Of a DNA stretch of 64,000 nt, positions 25,401-41,000 are shown in pieces; the stretch's first letter is position 1, and each line of letters starts with the position of its first letter. Both the position numbers and the translations under genes were made by a program. Origin of the DNA: Auanema rhodensis (Eukaryota; Animalia; Nematoda); the NCBI GenBank assembly GCA_964057225.1, contig OZ059894.1, positions 18,228,001 through 18,292,000 of the forward strand. Reading direction: 5' to 3'. The notes under the pieces are model-generated. The model saw only the letters and a program-made list of their open reading frames with translations, ran no database searches and was not told the DNA's origin.

Positions 25401-28400
25401 TTACCATGCACCTATATCAATAAAAATTTGTTTTCAGTCTAATATGGAAATGGGGAATCTAATTTTGAAAACCGCATCTCTTCATCTTTTACGGAAAGCG
25501 AGTTACATACCAGGTGCACATCACGTGTACATTTAATTAGCATAAATTAAAGTTCACGTAAATTTCAAAGTCATGGTTACCATGCACCAGTATAAATGAA
25601 AATTTGTTTTTGGACTAATATGGCCATAGGGAATCTAATTTTGAAAACCCCATCTCTTTATCTTTTACGTAAAGCGAGTTACATATCATGTGCACATCAC
25701 GTGTACATTTAATTAGCATAAATTAAAGTTCACGTAAATTTCAAAGTCATGGTTACCATGCACCATTATAAATGAAAATTTGTTTTTGGACTAATATGGC
25801 CATAGGGAATCTAATTTTGAAAACCCCATCTCTTTATCTTTTACGGGAAGCGAGTTACATACCATGTGCACATCACGTGTAAATTTAATTAGCATAAATT
25901 AAAGTTCACGTAAATTTCAAAGTCACGGTTACCATGCACCAGTATAAATGAGAATTTGTTTTTGGACTAATATGGCCATAGGGAATCTAATTATGAAAAC
26001 CGCATCTCTTTATCTTTCACGGAAAGAGAGTTACATACCATGTGTAAATCACGTGTACATTTAATTAGCATAAATTAAAGTTCACGTAAATTTTAAAGTC
26101 ATGGTTACCATGCACCAATATCCATAAAAATTTGTTTTTAGACTAATATGGACATGGGGAATCTAATTATGAAAACCGCATCTCTTTATCTTTCACGGGA
26201 AGCGAGTTACATATCATGTGTACATCACGTGTACATTTAATTAGCATAAATTAAAGTTCACGTAAATTTCAAACTCATGGTTACCATGCACCAGTATCGA
26301 TGAAAATTTGTTTTTGGACTAATATGGCCATAGGGAATCTAATTTTGAAAACCCCATCTCTTTATCTTTAACAGAAAGCGAGTTACATACCATGTGCACA
26401 TCACGTGTACATTTAATTAGCATAAATTAAAGTTCACGTAAATTTCAAAGTCATGGTTACCATGCACCTATATCAATAAAATTTGTTTTCAGTCTAATAT
26501 GGAAATGGGGAATCTAATTTTGAAAACCGCATCTCTTCATCTTTTACGGGAAGCGAGTTACATACCATGTGCACATCACGTGTACTATTAATTAGCATAA
26601 CTTAAAGTTCACGTAAATTTCAAAGTCATGGTTACCATGCACCAGTATAAATGAAAATTTGTTTTTGGACTAATATGGCCATAGGGAATCTAATTTTGAA
26701 AACCGCATCTCTTTATCTTTCACGGGAAGCGAGTTACATATCATGTGCACATCACGTGTACATTTAATTAGCATAAATTAAAGTTCACGTAAATTTCAAA
26801 GTCATGGTTACCATGCACCAATATCCATAAAAATTTGTTTTGAGACTAATATGGACATGGGGAATCTAATTTTGAAAACCGCATCTCTTTATCTTCAACG
26901 GGAAACGAGTTACATATCATGTGTACATCACGTGTACATTTAATTAGCATAAATTAAAGTTCACGTAAATTTCAAACTCATGGTTACCATGCACCAGTAT
27001 CAATGAAAATTTGTTTTTGGACTAATATGGCCATAGGGAATCTAATTTTGAAAACCCCATCTCTTTATCTTTTACAGAAAGCGAGTTACATACCATGTGC
27101 ACATCGCGTGTACATTTGATTAGCATAAAATAAAGTTCACGTAAATTTCAAAGTCATGGTTACCATGCACCAGTATAAATGAAAATTTGTTTTTGGACTA
27201 ATATGGCCATAGGGAATCTAATTTTGAAAACCGCATCTCTTCATCTTTTACGGAAAGCGAGTTACATACCATGTGCACATCACGTGTACATTTAATTAGC
27301 ATAAATTAAAGTTCACGTAAATTTCAAAGTCATGGTTACCATGCACCAGTATAAATGAAAATTTGTTTTTGGACTAATATGGCCATAGGGAATCTAATTT
27401 TGAAAACCGCATCTCTTTATCTTTCACGGGAAGCGAGTTACATATCATGTGCACATCACGTGTACATTTAATTAGCATAAATTAAAGTTCACGTAAATTT
27501 CAAAGTCATGGTTACCATGCGCCTATATCAATAAAAATTTGTTTTTAGTCTAATATGGCCATGGGGAATCTAATTATGAAAACCGCATCTCTTTATCTTT
27601 CACGGAAAGCGAGTTACATACCATGTGCACATCACGTGTACATTTAATTAGCATAAATTAAAGTTCACGTAAATTTTAAAGTCATGGTTACCATGCGCCT
27701 ATATCAATAAAAATTTGTTTTTAGTGTAAAATGGCCATGGGGAATCAAATTTTGAAAACCGCATCTCTTTATCTTTTACGGGAAGCGAGTTACATATCAT
27801 GTGCACATCACGTGTACATTTAATTAGCATAAATTAAAGTTCACGTAAATTTCAAAGTCATGGTTACCATGCACCAGTATAAATGAAAATTTGTTTTTGG
27901 ACTAATATGGCCATAGGGAATCTAATTTTGAAAACCGCATCTCTTTATCTTTCACGGGAAGCGAGTTACATATCATGTGCACATCACGTGTACATTTAAT
28001 TAGCATAAATTAAAGTTCACGTAAATTTCAAAGTCATGGTTACCATGCACCAGTATAAATGAAAATTTGTTTTTGGACTAATATGGCCATAGGGAATCTA
28101 ATTTTGAAAACCGCATCTCTTTATCTTTCACGGGAAGCGAGTTACATATCATGTGCACATCACGTGTAAATTTAATTAGCATAAATTAAAGTTCACGTAA
28201 ATTTCAAAGTCATGGTTACCATGCGCCTATATCAATAAAAATTTGTTTTTAGTCTAATATGGCCATGGGGAATCTAATTTTGAAAACCGTATCTCTTTAT
28301 CTTTTACGGGAAGCGAGTTACATACCATGTGTGAATCACGTGTACATTTAATTAGCATAAATTAAAGTTCACGTAAATTTTAAAGTCATGGTTACCATGC

Positions 28401-31400
28401 GCCTATATCAATAAAAATTTGTTTTTAGTGTAAAATGGCCATGGGGAATCAAATTATGAAAACCGCATCTCTTTATCTTTCACGGAAATAGAGTTACATA
28501 TCATGTGCACATCACGTGTACATTTAATTAGCATAAATTAAAGTTCACGTAAATTTCAAAGTCATGGTTACCATGCACCTATATCAATAAAAATTTGTTT
28601 TCAGTCTAATATGGAAATGGGGAATCTAATTTTGAAAACCGCATCTCTTTATCTTTCACGGAAAGCGAGTTACATACCATGTGCACATCACGTCTACATT
28701 TAATTAGCATAAATTAAAGTTCACGTAAATTTTAAAGTCATGGTTACCATGCACCAATATCCATAAAAATTTGTTTTTAGACTAATATGGACATGGGGAA
28801 TCTAATTTTGAAAATCGCATCTCTTTATCTTTAACGGGAAACGAGTTACAAATCATGTGTACATCACGTGTACATTTAATTAGCATAAATTAAAGTTCAC
28901 GTAAATTTTAAAGTCATGGTTACCATGCACCAATATCCATAAAAATTTGTTTTTAGACTAATATGGACATGGAGAATCTAATTTTGTAAACCGCATCTCT
29001 TTATCTTTAACGGGAAACGAGTTACATATCATGTGTAGATCACGTGTACATTTAATTAGCATAAATTAAAGTTCACGTAAATTTTAAAGTCATGGTTACC
29101 ATGCACCAATATCCATAAAAATTTGTTTTTAGACTAATATGGACATGGGGAATCTAATTTTGAAAACCGCATCTCTTTATCTTTAACGGGAAACGAGTTA
29201 CATATCATGTGTACATCACGTGTACATTTAATTAGCATAAATTAAAGTTCACGTAAATTTCAAAGTCATGGTTAACATGCGCCTATATCAATAAAAATTT
29301 GTTTTTAGTCTAATATGGCCATGGGGAATCTAATTTTGAAAACCGTATCTCTTTATCTTTTACGGGAAGCGAGTTACATACCATGTGTGAATCACGTGTA
29401 CATTTAATTAGCATAAATTAAAGTTCACGTAAATTTTAAAGTCATGGTTACCATGCGCCTATATCAATAAAAATTTGTTTTTAGTGTAAAATGGCCATGG
29501 GGAATCAAATTATGAAAACCGCATCTCTTTATCTTTCACGGAAATAGAGTTACATATCATGTGCACATCACGTGTACATTTAATTAGCATAAATTAAAGT
29601 TCACGTAAATTTCAAAGTCATGGTTACCATGCACCTATATCAATAAAAATTTGTTTTCAGTCTAATATGGAAATGGGGAATCTAATTTTGAAAACCGCAT
29701 CTCTTTATCTTTCACGGAAAGCGAGTTACATACCATGTGCACATCACGTCTACATTTAATTAGCATAAATTAAAGTTCACGTAAATTTTAAAGTCATGGT
29801 TACCATGCACCAATATCCATAAAAATTTGTTTTTAGACTAATATGGACATGGAGAATCTAATTTTGTAAACCGCATCTCTTTATCTTTAACGGGAAACGA
29901 GTTACATATCATGTGTAGATCACGTGTACATTTAATTAGCATAAATTAAAGTTCACGTAAATTTTAAAGTCATGGTTACCATGCACCAATATCCATAAAA
30001 ATTTGTTTTTAGACTAATATGGACATGGGGAATCTAATTTTGAAAACCGCATCTCTTTATCTTTAACGGGAAACGAGTTACATATCATGTGTACATCACG
30101 TGTACATTTAATTAGCATAAATTAAAGTTCACGTAAATTTCAAAGTCATGGTTAACATGCGCCTATATCAATAAAAATTTGTTTTTAGTCTAATATGGCC
30201 ATGGGGAATCTAATTTTGAAAACCGTATCTCTTTATCTTTTACGGGAAGCGAGTTACATACCATGTGTGAATCACGTGTACATTTAATTAGCATAAATTA
30301 AAGTTCACGTAAATTTTAAAGTCATGGTTACCATGCGCCTATATCAATAAAAATTTGTTTTTAGTGTAAAATGGCCATGGGGAATCAAATTATGAAAACC
30401 GCATCTCTTTATCTTTCACGGAAATAGAGTTACATATCATGTGCACATCACGTGTACATTTAATTAGCATAAATTAAAGTTCACGTAAATTTCAAAGTCA
30501 TGGTTACCATGCACCTATATCAATAAAAATTTGTTTTCAGTCTAATATGGAAATGGGGAATCTAATTTTGAAAACCGCATCTCTTTATCTTTCACGGAAA
30601 GCGAGTTACATACCATGTGCACATCACGTCTACATTTAATTAGCATAAATTAAAGTTCACGTAAATTTCAAAGTCATGGTTACCATGCACAAGTATCAAT
30701 AAAAATTTGTTTTTAGTCTAAAATGGCCATGGGGAATCTAATTATGAAAACCGCATCTTTTTATCTTTCACGGAAAGAGAGTTACATATCATGTGCACAT
30801 CACGTGTACATTTAATTAGCATAAATTAAAGTTCACGTAATATTCAAAGTCATGGTTACCATGCACCTATATCAATAAAAATTTGTTTTCAGTCTAATAT
30901 GGAAATGGGGAATCTATTTTTGAAAACCGCATCTCTTTACCTTTTACGGGAAGCGAGTTACATACCATGTGCACATCACGTGTACATTTAATTAGCATAA
31001 ATTAAAGTTCACGTAAATTTCAAAGTCATGGTTACCATGCACCAGTATCAATGAAAATTTGTTTTTGGACTAATATGGCCATAGGGAATCTAATTTTGAA
31101 AACGGCATCTCTTCATCTTTGAGTTACATACCATGTGTACATCACGTGTACATTAAATTAGCATAAATTAAAGTTCACGTAAATTTCAAAGTCATGGTTA
31201 CCATGCACCTATATCAATAAAAATTTGTTTTCAGTCTAATATGGAAATGGGGAATCTAATTTTGAAAACCGCATCTCTTTATCTTTTACGGGAAGCGAGT
31301 TACATACCATGTGCACATCACGTGTACATTTAATTACCATAAATTAAAGTTCACGTAAATTTCAAAGTCATGGTTACCATGCACCTATATCAATAAAAAT

Positions 31401-33287
31401 TTGTTTTCAGTCTAATATGGAAATGGGAAATCTAATTTTGAAAACCGCATCTCTTTATCTTTTACGGGAAGCGAGTTACATACCATGTGCACATCACGTG
31501 TACATTTAATTAGCATAAATTAAAGTTCACGTAAATTTCAAAGTCACGGTTACCATGCACCAGTATCAATGAAAATTTGTTTTTGGACCAATATGGCCAT
31601 AGGGAATCTAATTTTGAAAACCCCATCTCTTTATCTTTTACGGAAAGCGAGTTACATATCATGTGCACATCACGTGTACATTTAATTAGCATAAATTAAA
31701 GTTCACGTAAATTTCAAAGTCATGGTTACCATGCACATATATCAATAAAAATTTGTTTTCAGTCTAATATGGAAATGGGGAATCTAATTTTGAAAACCGC
31801 ATCTCTTCATCTTTTACGGAAAGCGAGTTACATACCATGTGCACATCACGTGTACATTTAATTAGCATAAATTAAAGTTCACGTAAATTTCAAAGTCATG
31901 GTTACCATGCACCAGTATAAATGAAAATTTGTTTTTGGACTAATATGGCCATAGGGAATCTAATTTTGAAAACCCCATCTCTTTATCTTTTACGTAAAGC
32001 GAGTTACATATCATGTGCACATCACGTGTACATTTAATTAGCATAAATTAAAGTTCACGTAAATTTCAAAGTCATGGTTACCATGCACCAGTATAAATGA
32101 AAATTTGTTTTTGGACTAATATGGCCATAGGGAATCTAATTTTGAAAACCCCATCTCTTTATCTTTTACGGGAAGCGAGTTACATACCATGTGCACATCA
32201 CGTGTACATTTAATTAGCATAAATTAAAGTTCACGTAAACTTCAAAGTCACGGTTACCATGCACCAGTATAAATGAGAATTTGTTTTTGGACTAATATGG
32301 CCATAGGGAATCTAATTATGAAAACCGCATCTCTTTATCTTTCACGGAAAGAGAGTTACATACCATGTGTAAATCACGTGTACATTTAATTAGCATAAAT
32401 TAAAGTTCACGTAAATTTTAAAGTCATTGTTACCATGCACCAATATCCATAAAAATTTGTTTTTAGACTAATATGGACATGGGGAATCTAATTTTGAAAA
32501 CCGCATCTCTTTATGTTTAACGGGAAACGAGTTACATATCATGTGTACATCACGTGTACATTTAATTAGCATAAATTAAAGTTCACGTAAATTTCAAAGT
32601 CATGGTTACCATGCGCCTATATCAATAAAAATTTGTTTTTAGTCTAATATGGCCATGGGGAATCTAATTTTGAAAACCGTATCTCTTTATCTTTTACGGG
32701 AAGCGAGTTACATACCATGTGTAAATCACGTGTACATTTAATTAGCATAAATTAAAGTTCACGTAAATTTTAAAGTCATGGTTACCATGCGCCTATATCA
32801 ATAAAAATTTGTTTTTAGTGTAAAATGGCCATGGGGAATCAAATTATGAAAACCGCATCTCTTTATCTTTCACGGAAATAGAGTTACATATCATGTGCAC
32901 ATCACGTGTACATTTAATTAGCATAAATTAAAGTTCACGTAAATTTCAAAGTCATGGTTACCATGCACCTATATCAATAAAAATTTGTTTTCAGTCTAAT
33001 ATGGAAATGGGGAATCTAATTTTGAAAACCGCATCTCTTCATCTTTTACGGAAAGCGAGTTACATACCAGGTGCACATCACGTGTACATTTAATTAGCAT
33101 AAATTAAAGTTCACGTAAATTTCAAAGTCATGGTTACCATGCACCAGTATAAATGAAAATTTGTTTTTGGACTAATATGGCCATAGGGAATCTAATTTTG
33201 AAAACCCCATCTCTTTATCTTTTACGTAAAGCGAGTTACATATCATGTGCACATCACGTGTACATTTAATTAGCATAAATTAAAGTT
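19407..33287 (+). repeat. Large tandem duplication of a 38-monomer unit (offset 6676 bp, becoming 7557 bp after an internal 5-mer gain)
   Basis: The 175-bp monomers at 19759/26435 share one 1-bp deletion. TAATATTC, CCAGGTG and GGACCAA markers recur at +7557, the same offset as ORF-track hits 23953/31510. Confidence 0.88.
28898..30657 (+). repeat. 5-monomer tandem duplication, period 880 bp
   Basis: The GGAGAATC/TTGTAAA/TAGATC monomer occurs at 28898 and 29778 but only once (22221) in the upstream 38-mer copy. Confidence 0.88.
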
Positions 33288-35927
33288 CACGTAAATTTCA
33301 AAGTCACGGTTACCATGCACCAGTATAAATGAGAATTTGTTTTTGGACTAATATGGCCATAGGGAATCTAATTATGAAAACCGCATCTCTTTATCTTTTA
33401 CGGGAAGCGAGTTACATACCATGTGCACATCACGTGTACATTTAATTAGCATAAATTAAAGTTCACGTAAATTTCAAAGTCATGGTTACCATGCACCAGT
33501 ATCAATAAAAATTTGTTTTTAGTCTAAAATGGCCATGGGGAATCTAATTATGAAAACCGCATCTTTTTATCTTTCACGGAAAGAGAGTTACATATCATGT
33601 GCACATCACGTGTACATTTAATTAGCATAAATTAAAGTTCACGTAAACTTCAAAGTCATGGTTACCATGCACCTATATCAATAAAAATTTGTTTTCAGTC
33701 TAATATGGAAATGGGGAATCTAATTTTGAAAACCGCATCTCTTTACCTTTTACGGGAAGCGAGTTACATACCATGTGCACATCACGTGTACATTTAATTA
33801 GCATAAATTAAAGTTCACGTAAATTTCAAAGTCATGGTTACCATGCACCCATATCAATAAAAATTTGTTTTCAGTCTAATATGGAAATGGGGAATCTAAT
33901 TTTGAAAACCGCATCTCTTTATCTTTTACGGGAAGCGAGTTACATACCATGTGCACATCACGTGTACATTTAATTACCATAAATTAAAGTTCACGTAAAT
34001 TTCAAAGTCATGGTTACCATGCACCTATATCAATAAAAATTTGTTTTCAGTCTAATATGGAAATGGGAAATCTAATTTTGAAAACCGCATCTCTTTATCT
34101 TTTACGGGAAGCGAGTTACATACCATGTGCACATCACGTGTACATTTAATTAGCATAAATTAAAGTTCACGTAAATTTCAAAGTCACGGTTACCATGCAC
34201 CAGTATCAATGAAAATTTGTTTTTGGACCAATATGGCCATAGGGAATCTAATTTTGAAAACCCCATCTCTTTATCTTTTACGGAAAGCGAGTTACATATC
34301 ATGTGCACATCACGTGTACATTTAATTAGCATAAATTAAAGTTCACGTAAATTTCAAAGTCATGGTTACCATGCACCAATATCCATAAAAATTTGTTTTT
34401 AGACTAATATGGACATGGGGAATCTAATTTTGAAAACCGCATCTCTTTATCTTTAACGGGAAACGAGTTACATATCATGTGTACATCACGTGTACATTTA
34501 ATTAGCATAAATTAAAGTTCACGTAAATTTCAAAGTCATGGTTACCATGCACCAGTATAAATGAAAATTTGTTTTTGGACTAATATGGCCATAGGGAATC
34601 TAATTTTGAAAACCCCATCTCTTTATCTTTTACGTAAAGCGAGTTACATATCATGTGCACATCACGTGTACATTTAATTAGCATAAATTAAAGTTCACGT
34701 AAATTTCAAAGTCACGGTTACCATGCACCAGTATAAATGAGAATTTGTTTTTGGACTAATATGGCCATAGGGAATCTAATTATGAAAACCGCATCTCTTT
34801 ATCTTTTACGGGAAGCGAGTTACATACCATGTGCACATCACGTGTACATTTAATTAGCATAAATTAAAGTTCACGTAAATTTCAAAGTCATGGTTACCAT
34901 GCACCAGTATCAATAAAAATTTGTTTTTAGTCTAAAATGGCCATGGGGAATCTAATTATGAAAACCGCATCTTTTTATCTTTCACGGAAAGAGAGTTACA
35001 TATCATGTGCACATCACGTGTACATTTAATTAGCATAAATTAAAGTTCACGTAAACTTCAAAGTCATGGTTACCATGCACCTATATCAATAAAAATTTGT
35101 TTTCAGTCTAATATGGAAATGGGGAATCTAATTTTGAAAACCGCATCTCTTTACCTTTTACGGGAAGCGAGTTACATACCATGTGCACATCACGTGTACA
35201 TTTAATTAGCATAAATTAAAGTTCACGTAAATTTCAAAGTCATGGTTACCATGCACCCATATCAATAAAAATTTGTTTTCAGTCTAATATGGAAATGGGG
35301 AATCTAATTTTGAAAACCGCATCTCTTTATCTTTTACGGGAAGCGAGTTACATACCATGTGCACATCACGTGTACATTTAATTACCATAAATTAAAGTTC
35401 ACGTAAATTTCAAAGTCATGGTTACCATGCACCTATATCAATAAAAATTTGTTTTCAGTCTAATATGGAAATGGGAAATCTAATTTTGAAAACCGCATCT
35501 CTTTATCTTTTACGGGAAGCGAGTTACATACCATGTGCACATCACGTGTACATTTAATTAGCATAAATTAAAGTTCACGTAAATTTCAAAGTCACGGTTA
35601 CCATGCACCAGTATCAATGAAAATTTGTTTTTGGACCAATATGGCCATAGGGAATCTAATTTTGAAAACCCCATCTCTTTATCTTTTACGGAAAGCGAGT
35701 TACATATCATGTGCACATCACGTGTACATTTAATTAGCATAAATTAAAGTTCACGTAAATTTCAAAGTCATGGTTACCATGCACCAATATCCATAAAAAT
35801 TTGTTTTTAGACTAATATGGACATGGGGAATCTAATTTTGAAAACCGCATCTCTTTATCTTTAACGGGAAACGAGTTACATATCATGTGTACATCACGTG
35901 TACATTTAATTAGCATAAATTAAAGTT
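33112..35927 (+). repeat. 8-monomer higher-order repeat, 2 copies, period 1408 bp
   Basis: TACGTAAAG monomers at 33112/34520, and ORF-track hits 34150/35558 differ by 1408 = 8x176. A partial degenerate third copy follows to ~36630. Confidence 0.88.
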
Positions 35928-38039
35928 CACGTAAATTTCAAAGTCATGGTTACCATGCGCCTATATCAATAAAAATTTGTTTTTAGTCTAAAATGGCCAT
36001 GGGGAATCTAATTATGAAAACCGCATCTTTTTATCTTTCACGGAAAGAGAGTTACATATCATGTGCACATCACGTGTACATTTAATTAGCATAAATTAAA
36101 GTTCACGTAAACTTCAAAGTCATGGTTACCATGCACCTATATCAATAAAAATTTGTTTTCAGTCTAATATGGAAATGGGGAATCTAATTTTGAAAACCGC
36201 ATCTCTTTATCTTTCACGGAAATAGAGTTACATATCATGTGCACATCACGTGTACATTTAATTAGCATAAATTAAAGTTCACGTAAATTTCAAAGTCATG
36301 GTTACCATGCACCCATATCAATAAAAATTTGTTTTCAGTCTAATATGGAAATGGGGAATCTAATTTTGAAAACCGCATCTCTTTATCTTTTACGGGAAGC
36401 GAGTTACATACCATGTGCACATCACGTGTACATTTAATTACCATAAATTAAAGTTCACGTAAATTTCAAAGTCATGGTTACCATGCACCTATATCAATAA
36501 AAATTTGTTTTCAGTCTAATATGGAAATGGGAAATCTAATTTTGAAAACCGCATCTCTTTATCTTTTACGGGAAGCGAGTTACATACCATGTGCACATCA
36601 CGTGTACATTTAATTAGCATAAATTAAAGTTCACGTAAATTTCAAAGTCATGGTTACCATGCACCTATATCAATAAAAATTTGTTTTTGGACTAATATGG
36701 CCATAGGGAATCTAATTTTGAAAACCCCATCTCTTTATCTTTTACGGGAAGCGAGTTACATACCATGTGCACATCACGTGTACATTTAATTAGCATAAAT
36801 TAAAGTTCACGTAAATTTCAAAGTCACGGTTACCATGCACCAGTATAAATGAGAATTTGTTTTTGGACTAATATGGCCATAGGGAATCTAATTATGAAAA
36901 CCGCATCTCTTTATCTTTCACGGAAAGAGAGTTACATACCATGTGTAAATCACGTGTACATTTAATTAGCATAAATTAAAGTTCACGTAAATTTTTAAGT
37001 CATTGTTACCATGCACCAATATCAATAAAAATTTGTTTTCAGTCTAATATGGAAATGGAGAATCTAATTTTGAAAACCGCATCTCTTTATCTTTTACGGG
37101 AAGCGAGTTACATACCAAGTGCACATCACGTGTACATTTAATTAGCATAAATTAAAGTTCACGTAAATTTCAAAGTCATGGTTACCATGCGCCTATATCA
37201 ATAAAAATTTGTTTTTAGTCTAATATGGCCATGGGGAATCTAATTTTGAAAACCGTATCTCTTTATCTTTTACGGGAAGCGAGTTACATACCATGTGTAA
37301 ATCACGTGTACATTTAATTAGCATAAATTAAAGTTCATGTAAATTTTAAAGTCATGGTTACCATGCGCCTATATCAATAAAAATTTGTTTTTAGTGTAAA
37401 ATGGCCATGGGGAATCAAATTATGAAAACCGCATCTCTTTATCTTTCACGGAAATAGAGTTACATATCATGTGCACATCACGTGTACATTTAATTAGCAT
37501 AAATTAAAGTTCACGTAAATTTCAAAGTCATGGTTACCATGCACCTATATCAATAAAAATTTGTTTTCAGTCTAATATGGAAATGGGGAATCTAATTTTG
37601 AAAACCGCATCTCTTCATCTTTCACGGGAAGCGAGTTACATATCATGTGCACATCACGTGTACATTTAATTAGCATAAATTAAAGTTCACGTAAATTTCA
37701 AAGTCATGGTTACCATGCGCCTATATCAATAAAAATTTGTTTTTAGTGTAAAATGGCCATGGGGAATCAAATTATGAAAACCGCATCTCTTTATCTTTCA
37801 CGGAAATAGAGTTACATACCATGTGTAAATCACGTGTACATTTAATAAGCATAAATTAAAGTTCACGTAAATTTCAAAGTCATGGTTACCATGCACCAAT
37901 ATCGATAAAAATTTGTTTTTAGACTAATATGGACATGGGGAATCTAATTTTGAAAACCGCATCTCTTTATCTTTCACGGGAAGCGAGTTACATATCATGT
38001 GCACATCACGTGTACATTTAATTAGCATAAATTAAAGTT

Positions 38040-41000
38040 CACGTAAATTTCAAAGTCATGGTTACCATGCACCAGTATCAATGAAAATTTGTTTTTGGAC
38101 TAATATGGCCATAGGGAATCTAATTTTCAAAACCCCATCTTTTTATCTATTACGGAGAGCGAGTTACATACCATGTGCCCATCACGTGTACATTTAATTA
38201 GCATAAATTAAAGTTCACGTAAATTTCAAAGTCATGGTTACCATGCACCAGTATCAATGAAAATTTGTTTTTGGACTAATATGGCCATAGGGAATCTAAT
38301 TTTGAAAACGGCTTCTCTTCATCTTTGAGTTACATACCATGTGTACATCACGTGTACATTTAATTAGCATAAATTAAAGTTCACGTAATTTTCAAAGTCA
38401 TGGTTACCATGCGCCTATATCAATAAAAATTTGTTTTTAGTCTAATATGGACATGGGGAATGTAATCATAAAAACCGCATCTCTTTATCTTTCACGGAGA
38501 GCGAGTTACATACCATGTGCACATCACGTGTACATTTAATTAGCATAAATTAAAGTTCACGTAAATTTCAAAGTCATGGTTACCATGCACCAATATCAAT
38601 AAAAATTTGTTTTTAATCTAATATGGCCATGCGGAATGTAATCATAAAAACCGCATCTCTTTATCTTTCACGGAGAGCGAGTTACATACCATGTGCACAT
38701 CACGTGTACATTAAATTAGCATAAATTAAAGTTCACGTAAATTTCAAAGTCATGGTTACCATGCACCAGTATCAATGAAAATTTGTTTTTGGACTAATAT
38801 GGCCATAGGGAATCTAATTTTCAAAACCCCATCTTTTTATCTATTACGGAGAGCGAGTTACATACCATGTGCCCATCACGTGTACATTTAATTAGCATAA
38901 ATTAAAGTTCACTTAAATTTCAAAGTCATGGTTACCATGCGCCTATATCAATAAAAATTTGTTTTTAGTCTAATATGGCCATGGGGAATCTAATTATGAA
39001 AACCGCATCTCTTTATCTTTTACGGGAAGCGAGTTACATACCATGTGTAAATCACGTGTACATTTAATAAGCATAAATTAAAGTTCACGTAAATTTCAAA
39101 GTCATGGTTACCATGCACCAATATCGATAAAAATTTGTTTGTAGACTAATATGGACATGGGGAATCTAATTTTGAAAACCGCATCTCTTTATCTTTCACG
39201 GGAAGCGAGTTGCATACCATGTGCACATCACCTGTACATTTGATTAGCATAAATTAAAGTTCACGTAAATTTCAAAGTCATGGTTACCATGCACCAATAT
39301 CAATAAAAATTTGTTTTAAGACTAATATGGCCATGCGGAATGTAATCATAAAAACCGCATCTCTTTATCTTTCACGGAGAGCGAGTTACATACCATGTGC
39401 ATATCACGTGTACATTTAATTAGCATAAATTAAAGTTCACGTAAATTTCAAAGTCATGGTTACCATGCACCAATATCAATAAAAATTTGTTTTTAATCTA
39501 ATATGGCCATGCGGAATGTAATCATAAAAACCGCATCTCTTTATCTTTCACGGAGAGCGAGTTACATACCATGTGCACATCACGTGTACATTTAATTAGC
39601 ATAAATTAAAAATCACGTAAATTTCAAAGTCATGGTTACCATGCACCAGTATCAATGAAAATTTGTTTTTGGACTAATATGGCCATGGGGAATCTAATTT
39701 TCAAAACCCCATCTTTTTATCTATTACGGAGAGCGAGTTACATACCATGTGCCCATCACGTGTACATTTAATTAGCATAAATTAAAGTTCACTTAAATTT
39801 CAAAGTCATGGTTACCATGCGCCTATATCAATAAAAATTTGTTTTTAGTCTAATATGGCCATGGGGAATCTAATTATGAAAACCGCATCTCTTTATCTTT
39901 TACGGGAAGCGAGTTACATACCATGTGTAAATCACGTGTACATTTAATAAGCATAAATTAAAGTTCACGTAAATTTCAAAGTCATGGTTACCATGCACCA
40001 ATATCGATAAAAATTTGTTTTTAATCTAATATGGCCATGCGGAATGTAATCATAAAAACCGCATCTCTTTATCTTTCACGGAGAGCGAGTTACATACCAT
40101 GTGCACATCACGTGTACATTAAATTAGCATAAATTAAAGTTCACGTAAATTTCAAAGTCATGGTTACCATGCACCAATATCAATAAAAATTTGTTTTTAG
40201 TCTAATATGGCCATGCGGAATGTAATTATAAAAACCGCATCTCTTTATCTTTCACGGAGAGCGAGTTACATACCATGTGCACATCACGTGTACATTTAAT
40301 TAGCATAAATTAAAGTTCACGTAAATTTCAAAGTCATGGTTACCATGCACCAGTATCGATGAAAATTTGTTTTTGGACTAATATGGCCATAGGGAATCTA
40401 ATTTTCAAAACCCCATCTTTTTATCTATTACGGAAAGCGAGTTACATACCATGTGCCCATCAAGTGTACATTTAATTAGCATAAATTAAAGTTCACTTAA
40501 ATTTCAAAGTCATGGTTACCATGCGCCTATATCAATAAAAATTTGTTTTTAGTCTAATATGGCCATGGGGAATCTAATTATGAAAACCGCATCTCTTTAT
40601 CTTTTACGGGAAGCGAGTTACATACCATGTGTAAATCACGTGTACATTTAATTAGCATAAATTAAAGTTCACGTAAATTTCAAAGTCATGGTTACCATGC
40701 GCCTATATCAATAAAAATTTGTTTTCAGTCTAATATGGAAATGGGGAATCTAATTTTGAAAACCGCATCTCTTTATCTTTTACGGGAAGCGAGTTACATA
40801 CCATGTGTAAATCACGTGTACATTTAATTAGCATAAATTAAAGTTCACGTAAATTTCAAAGTCATGGTTACCATGCACCTATATCAATAAAAATTTGTTT
40901 TCAGTCTAATATGGAAATGGGGAATCTAATTTTGAAAACAGCATCTCTTTATCTTTTACGGGAAGCGAGTTACATACCATGTGCACATCACGTGTACATT

